This document shows, one piece after another, positions 38,842 through 47,119 of a stretch of DNA of 64,000 bases. The notes beneath the pieces are model-generated. The model had not been told where the DNA came from. It saw only the letters and a list, made by a program, of their open reading frames with translations, and did not search any database. Origin of the DNA: an uncultured Alphaproteobacteria bacterium (GTDB lineage Bacteria > Pseudomonadota > Alphaproteobacteria > RF32 > CAG-239); contig CALXWE010000004.1 of NCBI GenBank assembly GCA_944392295.1, positions 45,819 through 109,818 of the forward strand, in the 5' to 3' direction. A program made the position numbers and the translations under genes. Each line of letters begins with the position of its first letter. Positions within the stretch are counted from its first letter, which is position 1.

Positions 38842-39729
38842 ATGTATAAAGCACCTTTAACCGAAGATATTAACCCTAATACGCTAAATATTGACCTGAT
38901 GAGTTCGTATGAAATTGCCAAAGTAATGAATAACGAAGATAAAAAAGTTGCGGCGGCGGTTGAAACTCAGTTAAAACCGATTGCCGAAGCCATAGATTTA
39001 ATTGCTAAGGCATTTTTACGGGGCGGCAGGCTGGCTTATTTCGGGGCAGGTACCAGCGGAAGACTGGGAGTTTTGGACGCAAGCGAGTGTGTGCCGACTT
39101 TCGGCGTTGCTCCCGATATGGTACAAGGGTTTATCGCCGGCGGCGACAAAGCCTTAAGAAATTCAATCGAGGCCGCAGAAGACAGCAAAGAAAAAGCCCT
39201 CGAAGATGTGGAAAAATTTAATCCGAGTGCCGATGATGTGGTGGTCGGAATTTCGGCCAGCGGTAATCCTAAATACGTAATTACCGCGTTGCAGTTTGCC
39301 AAAGAAGCCGGATGTGCGACAGTGGCATTGGTTTGTAACCCTGAAGCCGAGGTAAAACGTTTTGCCGATGTTTTTATTTGTCCGATTGTCGGGCAGGAGG
39401 TTATTTCGGGGTCTTCGCGCTTAAAAGCCGGAACGGCGCAAAAAATGATTTTGAATATGCTCTCAACCGGGGCGATGATACGAATCGGCAAAACCTACAA
39501 AAATTATATGGTAGATATGCAGATGACTAACGAAAAATTGACCAGACGAGGCAAAAAAATCGTTGCGGAAATTACCGGTGTGGATATATCTCGTGCGGAA
39601 GAGCTTTTAAAACAATCCGATAATAAAATAAAAGAAGCTTGTGTAATGGCGGTTAAAAATTGTTCTTTGCCACAAGCTGAAAGTATGCTAAAAGAAGCCG
39701 GCGGTATTTTGAGAAAGGTTATCAAATGA
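38842..39729 (+). CDS. murQ: N-acetylmuramic acid 6-phosphate etherase
   Basis: SIS domain. The GAGTSGRLGVLDASECVPTF and C-terminal EA...ACV motifs are typical of MurQ. Confidence 0.9.
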   Translation: MYKAPLTEDINPNTLNIDLMSSYEIAKVMNNEDKKVAAAVETQLKPIAEAIDLIAKAFLRGGRLAYFGAGTSGRLGVLDASECVPTFGVAPDMVQGFIAGGDKALRNSIEAAEDSKEKALEDVEKFNPSADDVVVGISASGNPKYVITALQFAKEAGCATVALVCNPEAEVKRFADVFICPIVGQEVISGSSRLKAGTAQKMILNMLSTGAMIRIGKTYKNYMVDMQMTNEKLTRRGKKIVAEITGVDISRAEELLKQSDNKIKEACVMAVKNCSLPQAESMLKEAGGILRKVIK

Positions 39730-40481
39730 AAAAATTTAATAAAAATTTTCCAGCAAAAACAGATGGCAAAGGTTTGATTTTATACGGCAGACACGCTGTA
39801 TTGTCGGCCTTAGAGAATCCGGCGCGAAAAATATTTAAATTAATGTGTACACCCGAAAACGCTAAAGAAATTTCGCAAAAATTTCCGAGTGTCCCGTTGG
39901 TAACGCTCGATAAAAAAGAAATTGATAAACTTTTGCCGGGTGATTGCGTACACCAGGGATTGGCTTTGTCTTGTCAGCCGTTGCCGGGGTTGAGTATTGA
40001 AGAATTGTGTGCCAAGGCCGAAAGAGTTGATAATGCACGGGTGCTTATTTTAGACCAAGTTACCGATCCGCAAAACATCGGGGCAATTATTCGCTCATGT
40101 GCGGCGTTTGGGGCTTTGGCTCTTATAGTGCAAGATAAAAACTCGCCGCTTGAAAGCGGAGCTATGGCTAAGGCTGCTGCCGGAACGATGGAATTTTTAC
40201 CGATAGTAAGAGTAACCAATTTGTCTCGGAGTATCGAAATTTTGAAAAAACACGGGTTTTGGGTTGTCGGTATGGACGGTTATGCTCAAACAACTATTGA
40301 TAAAATGGATAAAAGCGGCAAATTAGCAGTGATTATGGGAAGCGAAGGGGCAGGTATGCGTCGGCTTGTGGAGGAATCTTGCGACATAACGGTAAGATTG
40401 CCGATATCGGAAAAAGTCGAGAGCTTAAATGTTTCAACGGCGGCGGCCATTACTTTATACGAGCTGAGTTTGCAACGTTAA
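39726..40481 (+). CDS. rlmB: 23S rRNA (guanosine2251-2'-O)-methyltransferase RlmB (SpoU/TrmH family)
   Basis: N-terminal L30e-like substrate domain (ILYGRHAVLSAL). SPOUT motifs are LILDQVTDPQNIGAIIRSCAAFGA and VIMGSEGAGMRRLV...LNVSTAAAITLYEL. Confidence 0.8.
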   Translation: MKKFNKNFPAKTDGKGLILYGRHAVLSALENPARKIFKLMCTPENAKEISQKFPSVPLVTLDKKEIDKLLPGDCVHQGLALSCQPLPGLSIEELCAKAERVDNARVLILDQVTDPQNIGAIIRSCAAFGALALIVQDKNSPLESGAMAKAAAGTMEFLPIVRVTNLSRSIEILKKHGFWVVGMDGYAQTTIDKMDKSGKLAVIMGSEGAGMRRLVEESCDITVRLPISEKVESLNVSTAAAITLYELSLQR

Positions 40482-40496
40482 TTTTTTTATCAAAAC

Positions 40497-40530
40497 AAAA
40501 AGAGCGGCTTTTTAAAGCGGCTCTTTTTTA
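40497..40530. terminator. Terminator hairpin (element repeated at 43091..43125)
   Basis: aaaagagcggctttttaaagcggctctttttt. Confidence 0.55.
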
Positions 40531-40547
40531 GTTTTAGTGTCGGTATT

Positions 40548-40781
40548 TTAGTGTTGATATCTATATACCGTTTCCAGTATGTCGCCAAAGGTTTGCCAAT
40601 GGTCGACTTCTAAATCGGGGATGCAGATTGTAAAGTTGATTTCCAAGTCGTATGACAACATGTCTTTACAAAAGTCATCAAACCCCACATCAGCTAAGAG
40701 CGTATGCTCATCCATTTCCGGCAAGTCAGGTATAATAAACTCCATAAGCTCCCGGACTTTTTGTGTTACATTTATTACCAT
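40548..40781 (-). CDS. Small acidic ACP-like protein lacking the phosphopantetheine serine (paralog A)
   Basis: ADVGFDDFCKDMLSYDLEINFTICIPDLE aligns to the ACP [28 protein letters not shown] segment, with Ser replaced by Asp. Confidence 0.4.
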   Translation of the reverse strand: MVINVTQKVRELMEFIIPDLPEMDEHTLLADVGFDDFCKDMLSYDLEINFTICIPDLEVDHWQTFGDILETVYRYQH

Positions 40782-40929
40782 AATTATAAATATTTATGAG
40801 TATGGTAAATTTTGTGAAAAATATAGTCAAGTACTATTTATATGTATAATCTGCTAACTTTATGAAAAAAGTGCTTGCTTTTATAAAAAAGGGGTTTTAT
40901 ATAAGACTTGTTTGATTGTTAAAGTCAGA

Positions 40930-40975
40930 CGGGACGTAGTTCAGCTTAGGTCAAGCGCTTGCATGGGGCTGGAGG
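40930..40975 (+). pseudogene. Degenerate partial copy of the 5' half of tRNA-Pro
   Basis: CGGGACGTAGTTCAGCttagGTcaAGCGCTTGCATGGGGctGgAGG compares with the intact gene CGGGACGTAGTTCAGCctggtaGAGCGCTTGCATGGGGtgcaaGAAGTCGGAGG. A further tRNA-like piece, caagaagtcggag, sits at ~41128..41141. Confidence 0.6.
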
Positions 40976-41183
40976 CGAAAAACGTTCCGGTGGAACGTTT
41001 TTAACGACAGACGAAGTTTTGTTATTTTGTTTTCAAACGATAGTTTGAGTAAATAAAAGTTACAAAACAAGTGACCGCAGCGAGTTAGCGATTGACTTTT
41101 GGGAAAAGGCAGAGCTTACGAGCCAGACAAGAAGTCGGAGACTTCTTGCACGGAGCACAAGGGATTATTATATGTTTTATATA

Positions 41184-41260
41184 CGGGACGTAGTTCAGCC
41201 TGGTAGAGCGCTTGCATGGGGTGCAAGAAGTCGGAGGTTCAAATCCTCTCGTCCCGACCA
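41184..41260 (+). tRNA. tRNA-Pro (anticodon GGG)
   Basis: CGGGACGTAGTTCAGCCTGGTAGAGCGCTTGCATGGGGTGCAAGAAGTCGGAGGTTCAAATCCTCTCGTCCCGACCA. The acceptor stem is 7 bp, the anticodon loop is ATGGGGT (G37) and the T-loop is TTCAAAT. Confidence 0.85.
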
Positions 41261-41263
41261 AAT

Positions 41264-41297
41264 AAAAAAACCGCCTTTATGGCGGTTTTTTTATTCG
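41264..41297 (+). terminator. Rho-independent terminator after tRNA-Pro
   Basis: aaaccgcc-tttat-ggcggttt followed by a T-run. Confidence 0.75.
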
Positions 41298-41468
41298 GAG
41301 AGGATTATCCTCTTTGGCATCTAATTTCGCTTACGGCAATTCATTGCCTTAGCTCAATAAAATGTTCCAAAGAACCTGCAGACAAAAAACGCCGGAGCAG
41401 CGGCGTTTTTTACTTAAATAAAAAAGATACATCGACACATAATGCAAGGTATCTTTAGCTATGACCTA

Positions 41469-41741
41469 TTACTGCAGCAAAAGGACTATAAATTGTTTAT
41501 CCATTGATACCGTAGGCTCAAATATATAGCCTTTGCGCCCATCACGTAATATTCTCCACATTCCGGGAATGCTTGTGCTGATTTCAAGGACAACCTCTCC
41601 ATCAAGTTTCCACTGAGCAGTGGTGCTCTTTTTGTTATTGGTGGTGAAAGTTGATTTTGAAAAGCCAAAACGCTTTCCCCTGGCGTCTACCGTAAAAGTT
41701 TTACTTTCGGTTAATGCTTCTAGAACTATTTCCATAAACAA
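41469..41741 (-). CDS. Small hypothetical protein
   Basis: ORF only. A bidirectional hairpin lies at ~41391..41420 downstream. Confidence 0.35.
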   Translation of the reverse strand: MFMEIVLEALTESKTFTVDARGKRFGFSKSTFTTNNKKSTTAQWKLDGEVVLEISTSIPGMWRILRDGRKGYIFEPTVSMDKQFIVLLLQ

Positions 41742-41920
41742 AAAAATTAAAGAGTTATGATAATTTATTATACCTATGTATTTATATCACATCTTTTATT
41801 ATGCGCAAGTTTTAAATGTACATTAGATATAGATTCTGTGTTTGTTTTTTATTGTTGATTTTCTTGACTTTGCAACGCAAAGTCAGTACCTTGCCGGATG
41901 TTATTAAAAGGAGAATCGTG

Positions 41921-43072
41921 ATGAAAAAATTGTGGCTGGCTTTGATGCTTATTATATGCTCTGCCAATTCGGCTTGGGCTATGCAAATCTTTGTTAAAAC
42001 TTTAACCGGTAAACATATTACTCTGGAAGTTGAACCTACCGATACAATTGGAGACATAAAACTTAAAATTCAAGATAAAGAGGGCATTGCCCCAAGTGAA
42101 CAAACCTTGGTCTTTGCCGGAAAAGAACTTGAAGATGCTAATACTTTACAAGATTACAGCATTTTCAAAGATTCAACTCTGCATTTAGTCTCAAACAATA
42201 AGGTTACCAATTTATCATTAAATGTTAATCCGGCTCATATTGTAAGGCAAAATGCCGATATGCTGCTTAATAACGTTGCAGCTCGTACAAGCGGCGGGAT
42301 TAGCTCCTATAAAAGTGCCGAACAAATAAATCTGCAGGATAATACTTCTCTTTGGGTCAGCACTCTTGCCGGACATTCACAATATTTAAATACCGATACT
42401 TATGGTCTTTCGTTGGCCTTTGAAAAGAAGCTGGCAGATTTTAAATATGGTTTAGGTTATGCTTATTTAAAAAATGATATTGATGATGCTTTAAACACCG
42501 ATGTACAAAATCATTCCGGCTTTGTATATGCCGAATATAAGCCTTCAGCTTGGTATACCAATGCCATAGTTATGTATTCTCATTCGCGGTTTGAAGAAAA
42601 TGATTTTAATAAATATAACGTTCAAGCTATATCTTCTCAGTTGATGAGCGGATATGATTTTTATTATGTTACGCCGGAAATGGGAATTAGATATATCCAT
42701 ATTTGGAATAACCGCTATACCAATGCTCAAAATATGCAAATGACTAAAAATAATGAAGATATTTTAACGGGGGTTATCGGTATAAAGCTGGCAAAAGAGA
42801 TAACCTTAAATGCCGATTATAGTTTTGTTCCGCAAGCCAAGGTCTCGGCATTATATGATTTTTCACGAGCCAGCGGCGTTGCCAATGCTTATGTAAACGG
42901 CAAATATGCTGTTGTTCATAGTGATGTAATGGCTAAGTATGCCACGGAAATTAATGTCGGGCTTAAACTGGTTAAACAAAATTCGTGGGAGACTTATTTA
43001 GGCTATTATGCACAGTTGCGGAATAATTATAATATTCATTCCGTAATTGTTAATTTTGCCTATGACTTTTAA
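41921..43072 (+). CDS. Signal peptide + eukaryote-like ubiquitin domain + C-terminal outer-membrane beta-barrel (autotransporter-like) fusion protein
   Basis: An AAAGGAGA RBS precedes [20 protein letters not shown]|[70 protein letters not shown]. The ubiquitin-like part is ~74% identical over 70 aa to eukaryotic ubiquitin. K48 and K63 are retained and the LRLRGG tail is missing. The ~290 aa C-terminus has alternating hydrophobic beta strands and ends in VNFAYDF, the terminal-Phe signature of outer-membrane proteins. Confidence 0.75.
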   Translation: MKKLWLALMLIICSANSAWAMQIFVKTLTGKHITLEVEPTDTIGDIKLKIQDKEGIAPSEQTLVFAGKELEDANTLQDYSIFKDSTLHLVSNNKVTNLSLNVNPAHIVRQNADMLLNNVAARTSGGISSYKSAEQINLQDNTSLWVSTLAGHSQYLNTDTYGLSLAFEKKLADFKYGLGYAYLKNDIDDALNTDVQNHSGFVYAEYKPSAWYTNAIVMYSHSRFEENDFNKYNVQAISSQLMSGYDFYYVTPEMGIRYIHIWNNRYTNAQNMQMTKNNEDILTGVIGIKLAKEITLNADYSFVPQAKVSALYDFSRASGVANAYVNGKYAVVHSDVMAKYATEINVGLKLVKQNSWETYLGYYAQLRNNYNIHSVIVNFAYDF

Positions 43073-43090
43073 AAGTCTTTTGCTTTAAAA

Positions 43091-43125
43091 CAAAAAAAAG
43101 AGCGGCTTTTGTAAAGCGGCTCTTT
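43091..43125. terminator. Terminator hairpin (second copy of the element at 40497..40530)
   Basis: aaaagagcggcttttgtaaagcggctctttttt. Confidence 0.55.
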
Positions 43126-43149
43126 TTTCTATTTCTTTACAATGATGTT

Positions 43150-43401
43150 CTACTCGGCGTGGCTTTCCACACTCTCATAGAATTCATCGAGCATGTACCA
43201 GTCATCATCGACTTCGTCGGCCGGTACATCAATACCGAGCTGCTCTTTGAGCAGTCTGGCAAGCTCCTGGCATTCGAATGCTCCGAAACCCAAATCGGCA
43301 GCAAGACCGATTCTTGCAGGGTCAATGTCGTTGATGTTGGAAGGCAGGGTACGAACCTGGTTCATGACTGCCTGTACTTTGTCTCTTAATTCTGTATTCA
43401 T
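43150..43401 (-). CDS. Small acidic ACP-like protein lacking the phosphopantetheine serine (paralog B)
   Basis: ADLGFGAFECQELARLLKEQLGIDVPADE aligns to ACP [29 protein letters not shown], with Ser replaced by Ala. Confidence 0.45.
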   Translation of the reverse strand: MNTELRDKVQAVMNQVRTLPSNINDIDPARIGLAADLGFGAFECQELARLLKEQLGIDVPADEVDDDWYMLDEFYESVESHAE

Positions 43402-43486
43402 GGCTATACTTATTGGTTAATAATTCAAATTTGTAAATGTATCCTAACGGAGTTTTTGCCACAAGTCAAGATATTTTTGTCAAAAT

Positions 43487-44419
43487 TTAATCGCCGTGTT
43501 GGGATAACTCCTCATCAATGGCCTTGGCAAGCTCATCATCTATGGTAAAACCATCCTCATCTTCAGGTATAACGGTATAGTTTTGCGTATCTTCTAAAGA
43601 TTTTGCTTCAGGAGCATCGGGTTTTTGTTCGTTTGGTGTTACCGAATCGATGACTTCTTGTTTCGGGCTGTCAGATTGCTCGTTTTTTCCCGATACTGAC
43701 GAGTTTTGAGATGCCTCTTGGGCTGATAGCTTTTCCGACTCCGCATTTAAGGCTTTGGAAAGTTCTTCGGCAGGTATTACAACCGTTTCTTCCTCAGGGT
43801 CTTCATACGAGGTTTTTATATTGAGCAGGTTTTCAGGACCTCCGCTGTTTTCTTCTTTGTTTTCAGTTATCTTTTCTTCAGCTTTTTCTTCTTTATACAT
43901 AGTATCTTTAAATTCTATGGTGTTGTCGGCTTTTTCAAAGCTGTTTTCTTCAAGCTGTTGTTGTTCTTGTCTGATTTCTGCTAAACGCGGTAAGTTGTCG
44001 CGAGCAGCTAATGCCTCTTCGGATAATAACTGTTCGGGTTTGACCTCAGTATTGATGCACTTTAACAACCATACATCATATATCGGGTGTTCAACAGCGT
44101 TAATTGCCGGTGATGATGAAAACATCCAGCCTTTGAAAATGTTAAATTCTTCTTTATCAAAGCTTTTATCTGTTACATCTACAAAAGCAAAGTTTTCAGG
44201 TATTTCATCTTCCGAACGAGTTTTACAAGAGCGTACCACTACCGAAAATGATCCGAATTTTACTTCGCCTCCGACCGGAACTTCAATAACGCTTACGCGC
44301 CCGGTTATTTTATCCATGGCCTGCATTTGCGCCGTGTTCATATCTATCTCCGCGGCTCTAACCCCGGAAATGCTTAATAAAAAAGCGGCTGTCGAAAAAA
44401 GTGTTTGTTTAATTTTCAT
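43487..44419 (-). CDS. DUF2155 domain protein with acidic low-complexity C-terminal tail (Mla-associated in alphaproteobacteria)
   Basis: Signal peptide, then a conserved N-terminal ~130 aa domain, then an E/K/S-rich tail. It lies immediately downstream of two MCE genes. Confidence 0.55.
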   Translation of the reverse strand: MKIKQTLFSTAAFLLSISGVRAAEIDMNTAQMQAMDKITGRVSVIEVPVGGEVKFGSFSVVVRSCKTRSEDEIPENFAFVDVTDKSFDKEEFNIFKGWMFSSSPAINAVEHPIYDVWLLKCINTEVKPEQLLSEEALAARDNLPRLAEIRQEQQQLEENSFEKADNTIEFKDTMYKEEKAEEKITENKEENSGGPENLLNIKTSYEDPEEETVVIPAEELSKALNAESEKLSAQEASQNSSVSGKNEQSDSPKQEVIDSVTPNEQKPDAPEAKSLEDTQNYTVIPEDEDGFTIDDELAKAIDEELSQHGD

Positions 44420-44861
44420 TGTCGGTCACCATAAAGATAATTTCGCCTACCATATCTTCTAAAGTCTTAAAATCTTTGGCGTTGGCAAAAGTATCCCCTT
44501 CTTTTAAATATTCTTTGGATTTTCCGGGAACGATTTTTATAAATTTATCTCCTACAAGACCGTCCCCGACGATTGCTACCTCACTGTCTACGGGCAGCTT
44601 TATCTCTGGAGAAATGCTCAAAATAACATCTACCAAATAATCGGTGTTGTCGAGCTTTTGGTTTACTACAGTGCCGACTTTTATGCCGTTAATGCGAACA
44701 TCGGAGCCTATGTTTAACCCTCCGACTTTTAAAAATTTGGCATTTAACTCATAGCCCTTTACTACCTGTAAATCGGAAACACGGTATGCAAACAGCAGAA
44801 AAAATACGGCAACCACCAGTACTACCATACCCATAATTGTTTCTATCGGCTTTTTATTCAT
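44409..44861 (-). CDS. mlaD: MCE-domain protein, MlaD-like
   Basis: N-terminal TM, then the MCE domain (GLNIGSDVRINGIKVGTV...L..SPEIKLPVDS). Confidence 0.75.
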   Translation of the reverse strand: MNKKPIETIMGMVVLVVAVFFLLFAYRVSDLQVVKGYELNAKFLKVGGLNIGSDVRINGIKVGTVVNQKLDNTDYLVDVILSISPEIKLPVDSEVAIVGDGLVGDKFIKIVPGKSKEYLKEGDTFANAKDFKTLEDMVGEIIFMVTDNEN

Positions 44862-44865
44862 CTTA

Positions 44866-45396
44866 TTATTCTCCTTGTTGATTGCTTGTTGTATCGGCGC
44901 TATCTGTTGTATTATCCGCTTGCGGTGTTCTTTTGGCTTTTCCTAACGCTATAATCCTATCTAACAATTCTTCCAAAACCATGGCATCTTGCGTGTAGCT
45001 GAACTGCCCGCCGTCGGTGATGTATTCTTCCGATCCACCGGGCTCTATCTCTATGTATTTACTGCCCATTAAACCACTGCTGACTATTGATGCGCTACTG
45101 TCGTCGGGAATTAATATGCCGTCTTTTATCTCAAGGGTGAGCACGGCGTTGAAATGATCATCAAGCTCAGCCCCGGAAACGCGACCAACATCAACTCCGG
45201 CTAAGCGAACCTTGTCGCCGGTTAATAAACCGTCAGTGCGGCCGAATGTTGCTTTTATGTGATAAACGTTGGTATCTATATGTTTGTATTTATGTGTAGA
45301 AAAGGCCATAAAACAAAATATACCTACGAAAAACAATAACGCTATCAGCCCAAAATTGAACGCTTTATTTTCTTCTTTTGAAAAAGTGTCTTGCAC
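44866..45396 (-). CDS. MCE-domain protein, MlaD-like (second tandem copy)
   Basis: N-terminal TM, then the MCE domain (GDKVRLAGVDVGRVSGAEL). Confidence 0.7.
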   Translation of the reverse strand: MQDTFSKEENKAFNFGLIALLFFVGIFCFMAFSTHKYKHIDTNVYHIKATFGRTDGLLTGDKVRLAGVDVGRVSGAELDDHFNAVLTLEIKDGILIPDDSSASIVSSGLMGSKYIEIEPGGSEEYITDGGQFSYTQDAMVLEELLDRIIALGKAKRTPQADNTTDSADTTSNQQGE

Positions 45397-45547
45397 TTTA
45401 ACTTTCTCCTCTCATCGTTAACATCGTATAAACTAATGCAAATTTTGCACTTTGTCATCAGAATTTTGCATATTTGTGAAAATATCCGACTGTTAAAAAT
45501 CTTTTTGAAGATTATATCTAGGTAAGAAAGGTTTAACAGCGTGTAAA

Positions 45548-46627
45548 ATGAAAATGTTGGATGATATTGCTTTTGAAAATGCAAACTTGATAGAAAAATT
45601 ATCGGGCATAGGTTATTGGAAATTTGATGTTAAGAATCGTAAATTTTATTACTCTCAACAGATGTGTCAAATTTTGGGCGTGAAAAAGACGGCCTCTAAT
45701 CTTAAAAAATATTTACCCCTTAAGGATTATAAAAAATTAATTGCAAACTTTGGCAGACTGTTACGCTACGGTGAAAAAAATACGCAGGATGTTAAGTTTA
45801 TAAGATCGGATAAATCGGTAATCTATTGCCGGGTTAATGCTTGCTTAATAAAGGAAAAAAATATAATTTGCGGAACGCTGCAAGATATAACCGAGTTTGT
45901 TAATATTAAAGCTCAGCTCATAAAAGCCAGAAACGAAGCCGAAAATTTAAGTCGTGAAAAATCGTTTTTTTTGGCGCAGGCCAGCCACGATTTAAGACAG
46001 CCTCTTTATGCCTTAAAATTGTATCTTGATTTATTGCAGCCGAAAAACTTTACTAAACAACAGTGGAAGTTGTGGGAAAATATTAATAAAAGTTCCGATA
46101 GCTTAAAATATTTGCTGGAAAATGTTTTAGATTTATCAAAACTTGATTATGGCGGTACCAAAGTTTTTAAAACAAATTTTAATATCGGAATGCTCATAAG
46201 CGATTTAGGAAGAGAGTTTAAGCATACCGCCGAATGCCAAGATTTGACATTGGAATATGTAATTTGCAACTGTCTTGTTTGTTCTGATGCTTTTTTGGTG
46301 GAGCGTATTTTACGCAATTTACTAAGCAACGCATTTAAGTTTGCCGATAAAAAGGTAAGTATGTTTTGCCATGAGCATAAACAAAAACTGATAGTTGAGG
46401 TTAAAGACGACGGAATAGGCATTGCCCCGCAAGATAAAAAGTATATCTTTGATGCTTTTTATCAGGGGCAGAATGTGCGTGATAACAATATTGAGGGTAT
46501 GGGGCTGGGGCTGACTATAGTAAAGCGTATAGCTACGGTTTTACACATTAAAATCAGTGTTACATCAAAACCCAATAAGGGAACTTCATTTAAATTATTT
46601 TTGCCTAAGGCTGCAGTTAAACATTAG
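45548..46627 (+). CDS. Soluble PAS-domain sensor histidine kinase
   Basis: The H-box is FFLAQASHDLRQPL. The HATPase_c G-boxes are DDGIGIAPQDKKYIFDAFYQG and GMGLGLTIVKRIA. There is no TM segment. Confidence 0.8.
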   Translation: MKMLDDIAFENANLIEKLSGIGYWKFDVKNRKFYYSQQMCQILGVKKTASNLKKYLPLKDYKKLIANFGRLLRYGEKNTQDVKFIRSDKSVIYCRVNACLIKEKNIICGTLQDITEFVNIKAQLIKARNEAENLSREKSFFLAQASHDLRQPLYALKLYLDLLQPKNFTKQQWKLWENINKSSDSLKYLLENVLDLSKLDYGGTKVFKTNFNIGMLISDLGREFKHTAECQDLTLEYVICNCLVCSDAFLVERILRNLLSNAFKFADKKVSMFCHEHKQKLIVEVKDDGIGIAPQDKKYIFDAFYQGQNVRDNNIEGMGLGLTIVKRIATVLHIKISVTSKPNKGTSFKLFLPKAAVKH

Positions 46628-47064
46628 TCGTCGACTTCATCTTCCTCACCGCCGGTATTGGCAGCAAAAATAACTTCTTGTATTAATTTTAGATGGTCGT
46701 TATTAAACGAAAAAATGCATTTTTCTTTGTTGAAATCAGCTCCGCCGAAGGTGTTTTGTGAGGCGGTTTGGTATAACGAACAATAACGGTTACGGTAGGC
46801 AAGCCAGCTGTTATACATATCTTTCAAATTACCGGAGAGCAAACCATTACCGTTGTTCCATTTGTTGGTAATTTCATTTTTGGTTAAATTAAGGTATATT
46901 TGTTGTATTTGCCTTAATATACGGGTGTTTTCGGCCTTCAGGCAAAGGGCAACTTCGTTATCGGTTTGGGCTTTGGCATAACAGGCTTCATATTCGGGAG
47001 ATGCCGCTTTAACATTGGTGTAGATGCAGCACATAAGTATAACGGCGGATATTTTTTTTAACAT
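46624..47064 (-). CDS. DUF1311/LprI-like periplasmic protein (lysozyme-inhibitor-like fold)
   Basis: Trimmed to MLKKISAVILMCCIYTNVKA with a GGAGA RBS upstream. The Cys pattern and W..YR..YC match DUF1311. Confidence 0.5.
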   Translation of the reverse strand: MLKKISAVILMCCIYTNVKAASPEYEACYAKAQTDNEVALCLKAENTRILRQIQQIYLNLTKNEITNKWNNGNGLLSGNLKDMYNSWLAYRNRYCSLYQTASQNTFGGADFNKEKCIFSFNNDHLKLIQEVIFAANTGGEEDEVDD

Positions 47065-47119
47065 AGTATTTCTCCCCATAATTAACCATAAATCTGCCGA
47101 TATTCTAGATATATCTTTA

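Noticed and set aside
40862-41183. Possible structured ncRNA (SRP RNA/tmRNA/RNase P) in the 320-bp ORF-free region
   Set aside because: I could not find any of the conserved signature strings of these RNAs. The region is better explained by tRNA-Pro fragments plus a small hairpin.
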